Position numbers and translations under genes: made by a program. 44,096 nucleotides of DNA from a virus. Its lineage: Duplodnaviria > Caudoviricetes. This document shows, one piece after another, positions 22,428 through 29,655 of the stretch. The stretch is from positions 1 to 44,096 of the IMG/VR virus record IMGVR_UViG_3300037461_000433. One strand, given 5' to 3'. Each line of letters begins with the position of its first letter. Within the stretch, counting starts at the first letter, position 1. Under the pieces are notes generated by a model. The model made no database searches and had not been told where the DNA came from. It saw only the letters and a program-made list of their open reading frames with translations.

Positions 22428-23009
22428 ATGGACTTCAACCGAATCAAAGGCCAAGAACACGCAAAGCGTGGCCTCGAAATTGCACTCGCCGGAGGGCATA
22501 GTGTTTTGTTAGTTTCACCACCACAAATAGACACGGAACGCTTGACAAAGGCCACAAGGGAGATAAATTCCTTGTTATCAATCCGCACAATGACACCTTG
22601 CCCATGCGGATATTTCACTGACCCTAAACACGAATGTACTTGTACGCCGGAGGATATTCACAAACATTTGGCACTTGAGGCCAAAAACGGCACGGCGGAC
22701 ATTTGCCTCGAGGTGCCTCGATTAAACACTGAAATGTTATCAGATAAACGCAGGGGAGAGGCTTCCGCCGTAGTTATTGAACGTATAAAACAAGCACAGA
22801 GCCGAGAAACACCCACAACGTGCGACAAAGAGGCCGACGAGTTGCTAAAGTTGGCTATATTAGAGCTTGGCATATCTTCCCACGCTTATGATAAAATTAT
22901 CCGCGTCGCCGGCACGATAGCCCAGCTTGACGATAAAGCGATAATCGAGGCACACCACATATCCGAGGCGATAAGCTATAGAAGTCTAGACCGCAATTTA
23001 TGGGGTTAA
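22428..23009 (+). CDS. Truncated ComM/YifB (Mg-chelatase-related) homologue lacking ATPase motifs
   Basis: IKGQEHAKRGLEIALAGGH, MTPCPCGY...CTC, AYDKIIRVAGTIAQL, HISEAISYRSLDR match ComM. Walker A is degenerate and the Walker B region is absent. Confidence 0.88.
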   Translation: MDFNRIKGQEHAKRGLEIALAGGHSVLLVSPPQIDTERLTKATREINSLLSIRTMTPCPCGYFTDPKHECTCTPEDIHKHLALEAKNGTADICLEVPRLNTEMLSDKRRGEASAVVIERIKQAQSRETPTTCDKEADELLKLAILELGISSHAYDKIIRVAGTIAQLDDKAIIEAHHISEAISYRSLDRNLWG

Positions 23010-23019
23010 ACACCTAACA

Positions 23020-23082
23020 GGCCGAAACGCCGGAGGCTTCATCTCTGGCGTATAGCGGTATAATTCCGCTACTGATGAGGCC
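23020..23082 (+). ncRNA. Hammerhead ribozyme, type II (HH1); predicted cleavage after A23052 (GUA)
   Basis: GGCC-GAAA-CGCCGGAG/CUCUGGCG-UA-UAGCGG/CCGCUA-CUGAUGA-GGCC: complete core and three stems. Confidence 0.93.
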
Positions 23083-23115
23083 AGAAGCCTTACAATATGG
23101 GGAGGGTATCAAAAT

Positions 23116-23379
23116 ATGGACGTAGCAGAGTTAAAAATAGAAGTATCGAGGCTTCACAAGCTTGACGGCGCAGGGGCGACTAAGGCGTTTGCAGATGTAG
23201 CGATTGCCGACGCCTTTGTTATTAAGGGATTGCGTATAATAGAGGGTAAAGACGGCTTATTCGTATCAATGCCGAGGGAGGAAGGCAAAGATGGCAAATG
23301 GTATAGTACCGTTATACCACTAAAGCGTGAAGTCAAAGACGAAATTGAAAAAGTCGTATTAGAGGTATACGGCGGATAA
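23116..23379 (+). CDS. spoVG: SpoVG-family nucleic-acid-binding protein
   Basis: KAFADVAIADAFVIKGLRIIEGKDGLFVSMP...DGKW...VLEVY. GGAGG RBS. Confidence 0.9.
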   Translation: MDVAELKIEVSRLHKLDGAGATKAFADVAIADAFVIKGLRIIEGKDGLFVSMPREEGKDGKWYSTVIPLKREVKDEIEKVVLEVYGG

Positions 23380-23386
23380 TACAAGA

Positions 23387-23459
23387 GGCCGAAATAATCC
23401 CGGCCGGGATAAACGGCCGGGATTATATATCGGGTACAATACCCGGTACTGACGAGGCC
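23387..23459 (+). ncRNA. Hammerhead ribozyme, type II (HH2); predicted cleavage after A23427 (AUA)
   Basis: GGCC-GAAA, perfect 12-bp stem III, UA, 9-bp stem I, CUGACGA-GGCC. Confidence 0.93.
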
Positions 23460-23495
23460 AGAAGCCCGGTTAATATATAGAGGAGGGGAAGCGAT

Positions 23496-24161
23496 ATGGA
23501 CTACGAAAAGCAGAGGGAAGTGGAACACGCGAGGAACGCCGAGATCCGCGCGAAGATCGAAAAGGCCGGGGAGATATTGAAATTCAAGGCCGAAAAGCCG
23601 GACGAGAACTCCAAATTTGATTGCCGGGTATACCTTAATAATGAGGCCGGGGAAAAGCTGTATATCTATTTTTCGGCCGGATATGGTAATAAACGCGTGA
23701 ATGTTTCCGGGGTATACCCACGGAACGCGGACGGAAGTTATGCCGGGGACGTCTACTATACCCTAGAGGAACGCGCAAAAGGTATCGGACAGGCAAATTA
23801 CGGACAAGTACCACACCCGACAATCACGATCAGCCCGGACAAAACGCCGGAGCAAATCGCCAGGGACATCGAAAAGCGGTTTTTGCCGGACTATCGCGAT
23901 TACCGCGCGCGCGTTCAAGCCGTCGTTGACGCGCATAACGATTATGAATCGACGACAGCCGCATCATTGTTGGCGGTAAAAGGCGCGCAGTTGACCGAAT
24001 ACGAAGCGCGCGAGCGTAAATTCTCGGCGTATGCCGTGCCGGAGGAGTACTCCGGCGCCAGGTATGAAGTAAAAGCAAGCCAGAAAGAGATCGATATAGA
24101 TATTCACAATATCACCATTGACCAAGCGCGCGCTATAATCGCGCTTATAACGAAGAAATAA
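23496..24161 (+). CDS. Early hypothetical protein (221 aa) flanked by HH2 and HH3
   Basis: ORF with GAGGAGG RBS. Its stop lies 3 nt before HH3. Confidence 0.8.
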   Translation: MDYEKQREVEHARNAEIRAKIEKAGEILKFKAEKPDENSKFDCRVYLNNEAGEKLYIYFSAGYGNKRVNVSGVYPRNADGSYAGDVYYTLEERAKGIGQANYGQVPHPTITISPDKTPEQIARDIEKRFLPDYRDYRARVQAVVDAHNDYESTTAASLLAVKGAQLTEYEARERKFSAYAVPEEYSGARYEVKASQKEIDIDIHNITIDQARAIIALITKK

Positions 24162-24164
24162 AGA

Positions 24165-24229
24165 GGCCGAAACGGCGCACGCCGGGAGGACGCGCGCCGT
24201 CTGGGCGTTATGCGCCCATTGACAAGGCC
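24165..24229 (+). ncRNA. Hammerhead ribozyme, type II (HH3), U3-A8 core variant; predicted cleavage after C24201 (GUC)
   Basis: GGCC-GAAA-CGGCGC/GCGCCG-UC-UGGGCG/CGCCCA-UUGACAA-GGCC. Confidence 0.85.
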
Positions 24230-24248
24230 AAAAGGAGGTGATCAGATC

Positions 24249-24371
24249 ATGGCAACGCTATTATATAGGATGATCGAAATATTATCCGGCCAGTACACCG
24301 GACGGCGGTTAATCGCCTATAAGATAGCGCAACGCGTCAAGATGTTTTTGTTAATATGGATCATAAAATAG
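24249..24371 (+). CDS. 40-aa small protein (MATLLYRMIE...FLLIWIIK), below the ORF-track cutoff
   Basis: Perfect AAGGAGGTGA RBS directly after HH3. Fills the gap to the next gene. Confidence 0.65.
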   Translation: MATLLYRMIEILSGQYTGRRLIAYKIAQRVKMFLLIWIIK

Positions 24372-24383
24372 GAGGGCGGCAGA

Positions 24384-24704
24384 ATGACAAAGGAAGAGAT
24401 GAAAAAAGCACTGGAAGCCGGGCAGATCAAATTGATCCGGGCCGGATCCGGGTATAGTAAAGAATATCGCGCAAGTTATGATCGATATAGTTTATATGTA
24501 GGCGATCATAAAATTGATCACCATAATACGCCGTGGATATCGGAGCACGCCTATTATGTCAAGAGATCCGAAACTTTATCGATGACGGTCTGGGGCATGA
24601 GCCAGGAATTTGAAGCGAAGTATGTCCTTGTGGGCCTGGTGTGTCCGGGAATCAGTTGTGAAGATAATAATCGCATAATGCGGCAGATTGCCGTGTTATA
24701 TTAA
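24384..24704 (+). CDS. Early hypothetical protein
   Basis: ORF with AGGAGG RBS. Confidence 0.7.
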   Translation: MTKEEMKKALEAGQIKLIRAGSGYSKEYRASYDRYSLYVGDHKIDHHNTPWISEHAYYVKRSETLSMTVWGMSQEFEAKYVLVGLVCPGISCEDNNRIMRQIAVLY

Positions 24705-24717
24705 AGGAGGGCGTCGA

Positions 24718-24894
24718 ATGATAATATGCCAGAATAGAGAAACAAAAAAAGTTAAGATATTTAAAAACGTAAAGGCGGTACTCCGTAATATCAATCGCGA
24801 TCGAAGCGCAGAATGGACGCCGTACACCGCGCGCGATTGGAAAGAGGGCCTGGCGCAGTTTACAGAATATGATCTTTTAAAAAGGGAGGGATGA
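24718..24894 (+). CDS. Early hypothetical protein (MIICQNRE..., INRDRSAEWTPY motif)
   Basis: AAGGAGG precedes ATG 24718 within ORF-track 24688-24894. Confidence 0.7.
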   Translation: MIICQNRETKKVKIFKNVKAVLRNINRDRSAEWTPYTARDWKEGLAQFTEYDLLKREG

Positions 24895-24898
24895 AGCC

Positions 24899-25573
24899 AT
24901 GCACGACGCAATGTATGAAGAGAAGTTCCATAATTTAACGATAAAGATATACCCGGACGACGACGCCCGGAGCCCGGACGAGGACGGCGACGACGGCCTA
25001 TTTTTAGTTGGCTACCACCGGGACTTTACCGTTGACCGAGGAAGCAGGGACAAGGAAACCGGCAAATATACGCCGGGGATAAGTCAAGAGTTGGCGCAAA
25101 ACATCGCGCGCGGCGGCGAGTACGAGGACGGCAGCGTATGCGACGAGGCGGCCGAGTATATTAAAAAGTATCACATCTTCGGCCTGGAGGCGTACATACA
25201 CTCCGGCGTAAGCCTTGCATTAAGCCGTGAAGGCAATTTTCCGGATCGTCAATGGGACGTGTCGCAGTTGGGGTTTGTTTTCGCCTCAAAAAAGGAATGG
25301 CGCATGCGTAAGTCGGCGGAGAAGGCCGCGCGCGGCCTTGTCGCGACGTGGAACGATTATCTATCCGGGAACGTCTACGGCTATGTTGTCGAGGACGCCG
25401 ACGGCGAGCACCTTGATTCGTGTTGGGGCTATTTTGGAGATTATAAAGAAGGCGCGCTAAAAGAAGGCCGGAGTATAGCCGAATGGCACTACAAGGATAT
25501 AATGAAGAAGCGCGCCGCGAAGGTAAAGTCCTACATCAAAAACCGCGTACCGCTACAATACCGGGAGGCGTAA
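24899..25573 (+). CDS. Phage early protein of unknown function
   Basis: YIHSGVSL, WDVSQLGF, YLSGNVYGY, DSCWGYFG motifs that I recognise as recurrent in phage early regions. Confidence 0.75.
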   Translation: MHDAMYEEKFHNLTIKIYPDDDARSPDEDGDDGLFLVGYHRDFTVDRGSRDKETGKYTPGISQELAQNIARGGEYEDGSVCDEAAEYIKKYHIFGLEAYIHSGVSLALSREGNFPDRQWDVSQLGFVFASKKEWRMRKSAEKAARGLVATWNDYLSGNVYGYVVEDADGEHLDSCWGYFGDYKEGALKEGRSIAEWHYKDIMKKRAAKVKSYIKNRVPLQYREA

Positions 25574-25574
25574 A

Positions 25575-25742
25575 ATGGTAAAAACAAAAGACGAAGCCCG
25601 GCAGGAGGCCATTAACTGGCAAAAATGGGCCAGCCAGCGGTCGTTAAGTTATGGCGAAATTGCCGAGTATGTAGCATACTTCTATAAACTGGCCCGAAAG
25701 TTTCATCTTGTCCGGGAGTTTAAAGAAAACGGTATAATATAA
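25575..25742 (+). CDS. 55-aa small protein (MVKTKDEARQEAINWQ...EFKENGII)
   Basis: GGAGG RBS. Fills the intergenic gap and is below the ORF-track cutoff. Confidence 0.75.
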   Translation: MVKTKDEARQEAINWQKWASQRSLSYGEIAEYVAYFYKLARKFHLVREFKENGII

Positions 25743-25761
25743 AAAGAGGAGGGCGTATAAA

Positions 25762-25977
25762 ATGTCACTATACTTCAAAGGCCACAGAAAAGAGATCATG
25801 CTTGACCAATTACGCGCGCAGGGGATAAGGCTTGCGCGCGCGACGCCATTAACTAAAGTCCGCGCCGTATATTATAGGGTATGCGACGCGAAGTTTTACA
25901 GCTTTTTAACGGAAAGCGTTTGCCCTCCGTCGGAAAGACGTGTCGCCGTCGGGAGAGTCCGCGCGTATTTTAAATAA
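25762..25977 (+). CDS. Small basic hypothetical protein
   Basis: GAGGAGG RBS, 71 aa. Confidence 0.6.
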   Translation: MSLYFKGHRKEIMLDQLRAQGIRLARATPLTKVRAVYYRVCDAKFYSFLTESVCPPSERRVAVGRVRAYFK

Positions 25978-25997
25978 AATATTTATTTATCCGGCTA

Positions 25998-26026
25998 TTG
26001 ACAAATAAAGAAAGGTAAGGTATACT
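25998..26026 (+). promoter_or_regulatory. Sigma70 promoter TTGACA-17-TATACT for the replication block
   Basis: Read directly. Confidence 0.75.
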
Positions 26027-26030
26027 AATC

Positions 26031-26627
26031 ATGCTTAGTAACAACAACAGCACACCCGCTACATGGGTAAAAATGGGGATCCTTATACTAATGTCGTTTG
26101 TAATTCCAATAACATTTACTATATTCGTTTATGTTGGCGAAGGCGCGCCGGTACCTCCTGGTGCATCGGAAACGTCGTCGGCGCCTACTTCTTCGGTAAG
26201 CACTTCCGAAATTCCCGGCGTCGTTATTGACCTCGACATAATAAAAGACATCGAAAGCGGAGGCAATCCTAAAGCCTTCAATAACCGCTCATGCGCAACA
26301 GGCGCGTATCAAATCACTCAAATATGCCTCGATGATTATAATACCTTCGGCCCGGGTAAAAAATTCTGTCATCTTCGCCTTTCGGACATGTTTATTGAGT
26401 CCGTAGGCCGCGAAGTCGCGGACTGGTATTTTAACGTCCGCATCCCGGCACTTCTAAAAGCCTTCGGTATTTTAGATAGCGTTGAGCATAGGCTCATTTG
26501 CTATAACGCAGGGATAAATTACCTGGCTAAGAAAAAACCGCTCAAAAAAGAGACGGTAAACTATATTGAAAAGTATTTCGCACGTAAACTAACGAAAGGG
26601 GATAAGGGTAGATATGGAACTCGATAA
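26031..26627 (+). CDS. Lytic transglycosylase/lysozyme-like protein with N-terminal transmembrane segment
   Basis: IESGGNPKA, GAYQIT and YNAG motifs; hydrophobic N-terminus and Ser/Pro linker. Start uncertain. Confidence 0.8.
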   Translation: MLSNNNSTPATWVKMGILILMSFVIPITFTIFVYVGEGAPVPPGASETSSAPTSSVSTSEIPGVVIDLDIIKDIESGGNPKAFNNRSCATGAYQITQICLDDYNTFGPGKKFCHLRLSDMFIESVGREVADWYFNVRIPALLKAFGILDSVEHRLICYNAGINYLAKKKPLKKETVNYIEKYFARKLTKGDKGRYGTR

Positions 26628-26808
26628 TAAGATTGACGTTGCAGAGGCATCAAAGTTGACAGGCTACACAAAACAAAACATCACGCATATGATAAGGAAG
26701 GGCACGTTGACGGCGTTGCGCCGGGGCCGGAAGTATTTTATTGATAAGGACGACATAAAGAATCTCATTAAGCCTGTAAAGACTTCTCAACCGCTTCCGC
26801 TTCAATAA
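26614..26808 (+). CDS. Excisionase-like winged HTH DNA-binding protein
   Basis: VAEASKLTGYTKQNITHMIRKGTL...GRKYFID. Confidence 0.8.
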   Translation: MELDNKIDVAEASKLTGYTKQNITHMIRKGTLTALRRGRKYFIDKDDIKNLIKPVKTSQPLPLQ

Positions 26809-26824
26809 TCGGCGCATACAGCTA

Positions 26825-28900
26825 ATGTTTAAACATATACAGGACTATAATTTAAAAGGATGGGCCACATTCCCCACGCATAACAAGATACCACCGGAAG
26901 GGTATTCTTGGAAAAGGTCAGAACCGGCCGCGTTTGTCGATGAAAAGACGTACGATACAGGCGAATACGCCGTCGTATTGCGGCCGGTCGACCTTGTTAT
27001 TGACATCGATCCGCGTAACTTCCCGGCAAATACGAACGTCTGGAAAGCTTTTAAGACCACATACGGCCTTGAAGGCATAGAGGAGAAAACTCTCGTCGTA
27101 CGTACCGGAGGCGGAGGTTATCATATATATCTAACTAAGCCTGAAAATGTTTTCGTACGTAAGCATATAAAAGAGTGGCCGGGTATTGACTTTATATCCG
27201 GGGATAAAGGCGCGTACGTATTAGGGCCCGGCTCAAAACATTCAAGCGGCGGCATATATAAGGTATTAAGAGGCGAGATAGGGCTCGTAAAAGAGGCGCC
27301 GACGGCCCTTTTAGCCGTGATAGAGAAGTCAAAGTCGGAGATAAATGAAGATGGCGAGAAAAAGAAAATTGAATATTCGGACGACGCGCAAAACATTACC
27401 CGTTATAAGGAGTACCTTATTGACTATGCGCCGCCGGCAGTGGAAGGTCAGAGCGGGGATCAGACGACGTTTAAGATTGCTTGCCGAGGGCGTGATTTCT
27501 CACTCTCACCTCAAAAGACTTTGGAGCTCATGCTTGAGCATTACAACACAAAGTGTACACCTCCCTGGAACCCGGACGACCTCGCCAAAAAAGTGCTTAA
27601 CGCTTATAAATATAGTGAAGATACGCCGGGGAAGAAAGATCCGAAAGCGGTATTTGATCACGTGGGAGAAGCCAACAACCTATATGACAGTTGGAACGAC
27701 GAGTGGGCGCTCAAAAAAAACGGGACCCCAATGCCGGTACTTATGAACGCCGTTAAATACCTTACACTGTGGAGCGAGATAAGTTCATGCGTCCGTTTTA
27801 ATGAGATAGCCTATGACGTAGAGGTAGTTGGTAAGTTACCCTGGCATGGGCGTCGGGCCGGCAAATATTGGAGTGACGAGGATACAGTACATTTGAAATA
27901 TTATTTTTCGACAAAGGTAAAGACGGAATTTCAGATACAATGCTTATTAGAGGCCATATATATTGTAGCCGCGCGTAAGCAATTCCATCCGGTCCGGGAG
28001 TATCTGAAATCACTAAAATGGGATGGCATTAAACGCTTAGATGAGTGGCTTACAACGTACTGCAAAGTAGAAAAGACCGAATATTCGACTACCGTAGGCA
28101 GAAAAACGCTTGTAGCGGCTGTAGGACGCATTTTTAACCCCGGCTGCAAGTTCGACCATGTACTTGTCCTCGAAGGCGCCCAGGCGATAGGAAAGAGCTT
28201 CACCTGCGCTATCCTGGGGGGCGAATGGTATGGGGATTTTAACGTAGACCCCACAAACAAAGATACCGTTGACGCTATGCGTGGTAAGTGGTTCATTGAG
28301 CTGCCAGAAATGTCCGTCGTTCGAAAAAGACAGGACATCGAAGCACTAAAGGCGTTTATAACACGCACCGAGGACCGGGTGCGCTTTGCGTATGCTCGAA
28401 AGACAAAAGATTTACCTCGTCAAAGTATATTTGTCGGTACGGTGAACCCGGATAACGTCGGGTATCTTGTAGACAGTACGGGGAACCGTCGTTTCTGGCC
28501 GGTCCTATGCACGCAAAAGATAGACACTGACGGTATTAAACGCGACCGCGATCAGATATTCGCTGAAGCATGTGCTGTTTATCAAGGCGGCGAGCCTTTA
28601 CATCTTGTAGGCGAGCGTTTACAGGGGGAAGCCGAGGCCGAGGCCCAGGACCGCGTTGAGCAGGATCCATGGGTAGAGATAATAGGCCAATGGAGCGACA
28701 ACGCCGAGTTTGACGAAGTAAATACGACGGTTATATACGAGCAAGTCCTTAACGGTGTAAAAAAGAACATCACCCGCGTCGACCAAATACGTATAGGTAA
28801 GGCACTCACGATCGCCGGGTGGTCCAAGAAAAGAGTGAGCACCGGATACATGTACTCCCGAGAGCCTCGAGTACATTTTTTAGGACTGACGGGTAAATAA
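26825..28900 (+). CDS. Primase-polymerase / VirE-type helicase fusion
   Basis: VIDIDPRN and RTGGGGYHIY (prim-pol); PriCT-like middle; PGCKFD, LEGAQAIGKS, DSTGNRRFWP (VirE). Confidence 0.9.
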   Translation: MFKHIQDYNLKGWATFPTHNKIPPEGYSWKRSEPAAFVDEKTYDTGEYAVVLRPVDLVIDIDPRNFPANTNVWKAFKTTYGLEGIEEKTLVVRTGGGGYHIYLTKPENVFVRKHIKEWPGIDFISGDKGAYVLGPGSKHSSGGIYKVLRGEIGLVKEAPTALLAVIEKSKSEINEDGEKKKIEYSDDAQNITRYKEYLIDYAPPAVEGQSGDQTTFKIACRGRDFSLSPQKTLELMLEHYNTKCTPPWNPDDLAKKVLNAYKYSEDTPGKKDPKAVFDHVGEANNLYDSWNDEWALKKNGTPMPVLMNAVKYLTLWSEISSCVRFNEIAYDVEVVGKLPWHGRRAGKYWSDEDTVHLKYYFSTKVKTEFQIQCLLEAIYIVAARKQFHPVREYLKSLKWDGIKRLDEWLTTYCKVEKTEYSTTVGRKTLVAAVGRIFNPGCKFDHVLVLEGAQAIGKSFTCAILGGEWYGDFNVDPTNKDTVDAMRGKWFIELPEMSVVRKRQDIEALKAFITRTEDRVRFAYARKTKDLPRQSIFVGTVNPDNVGYLVDSTGNRRFWPVLCTQKIDTDGIKRDRDQIFAEACAVYQGGEPLHLVGERLQGEAEAEAQDRVEQDPWVEIIGQWSDNAEFDEVNTTVIYEQVLNGVKKNITRVDQIRIGKALTIAGWSKKRVSTGYMYSREPRVHFLGLTGK

Positions 28901-28931
28901 GTAGGGGAGACAATGCTACGGGAGGGTAGAG

Positions 28932-29084
28932 ATGAAATATTTAATAGAAGATTTCAGTAAGGATAAAAATAGACCCGAATATAAAGTGGTCTGTGAAGAT
29001 GATTTGTTTGAACTGTTACAGGGTAAGCCAGATAACATTTCGGTTTATAGGTTACCAGAAACTTGTATTATAGATTGGAGCTAA
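28932..29084 (+). CDS. 50-aa small protein (MKYLIEDF...CIIDWS)
   Basis: RBS comes from repeat 1 and the stop lies inside extended repeat 2. Confidence 0.7.
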   Translation: MKYLIEDFSKDKNRPEYKVVCEDDLFELLQGKPDNISVYRLPETCIIDWS

Positions 29085-29103
29085 CCAATGCTACGGGAGG
29101 GAT

Positions 29104-29277
29104 ATGAAGAAGCCGACATCTAAATTCATACGAGATTATACAATAGCGAAGTTGTCAGAGGATGTGGCAGAGGCGACTAAATACCTATCCTGCTCACACG
29201 AATTTGAAAGGTATGGATTGAGTTATCGCTGTAAGAAATGCGGTTATTATTTTGGAACACAACTACACGGGAGCTAA
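29104..29277 (+). CDS. 57-aa small protein with a CxH...CxxC putative zinc site
   Basis: RBS comes from repeat 2 and the stop lies inside extended repeat 3. Confidence 0.7.
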   Translation: MKKPTSKFIRDYTIAKLSEDVAEATKYLSCSHEFERYGLSYRCKKCGYYFGTQLHGS

Positions 29278-29280
29278 CCA

Positions 29281-29523
29281 ATGCTACGGGATAAGATAGC
29301 GGAGATAATAGATAAATATTATTATCCGATAGACTGTAATCATAAGGCAGGAAGTCTTGGTATTTCTGACGAAATAATCTCGCTCATTATAGCGGAGGCG
29401 GTGCCAGAGGAGAAACAGGGCATAACTCATCATGGAGGAAGGCAAGACCCTTATTCGCTTACTGACCACGAGAAGATAGGACACAATTTGTGCAGGGCGA
29501 AGATGATGGAGGCGTTGGGGTGA
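29281..29523 (+). CDS. 80-aa hypothetical protein starting at the ATG inside repeat 3
   Basis: ORF track; GGGAG upstream. Confidence 0.7.
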   Translation: MLRDKIAEIIDKYYYPIDCNHKAGSLGISDEIISLIIAEAVPEEKQGITHHGGRQDPYSLTDHEKIGHNLCRAKMMEALG

Positions 29524-29525
29524 AA

Positions 29526-29615
29526 ATGATATGGGAAGAAATAAAATTATATATAGCCACAATATTATTTATTTACTGGATGAAGCCCTGGAAGAGAAGT
29601 AGAGAAGAAATTTGA
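29526..29615 (+). CDS. Possible 29-aa membrane peptide (MIWEEIKLYIATILFIYWMKPWKR...)
   Basis: Short ORF filling the gap before repeat 4, with a weak RBS. Confidence 0.35.
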   Translation: MIWEEIKLYIATILFIYWMKPWKRSREEI

Positions 29616-29655
29616 CAAATGGAAGATAACCAATGCTACGGGAGGGTAGTAAGGC

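Larger units (their letters stand above)
28911..29649 (+). repeat. Four dispersed direct repeats (core CAATGCTACGGGA) delimiting small ORFs
   Basis: Cores at 28911, 29086, 29279 and 29631. Some pairs are identical over 19-22 bp. Confidence 0.9.

Noticed and set aside
22428-23009. Magnesium chelatase auxiliary metabolic gene or simple pseudogene
   Set aside because: The motifs are those of ComM/YifB rather than true ChlI, ATPase residues are missing, and the frame is intact behind a strong promoter.
23053-24201. Rolling-circle translation, since both inter-ribozyme fragments (375 and 774 nt) are multiples of three
   Set aside because: Both ORFs end in stop codons, and a 1-in-9 coincidence is unremarkable.
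24219-24224. TTGACA as a -35 promoter box
   Set aside because: No -10 box at 16-18 bp. It occupies exactly the hammerhead core position.
23020-24229. Intrinsic terminators or integron attC sites as the explanation for the intergenic hairpins
   Set aside because: No U-tracts, no attC R-box pattern and no integron integrase. The full hammerhead core accounts for all conserved bases.
28911-29649. CRISPR array near a Cas4-like nuclease
   Set aside because: Spacers are 160-340 bp, unequal and protein-coding, and the repeat core is only 13 bp. DUF2800 is a normal member of this replication module.
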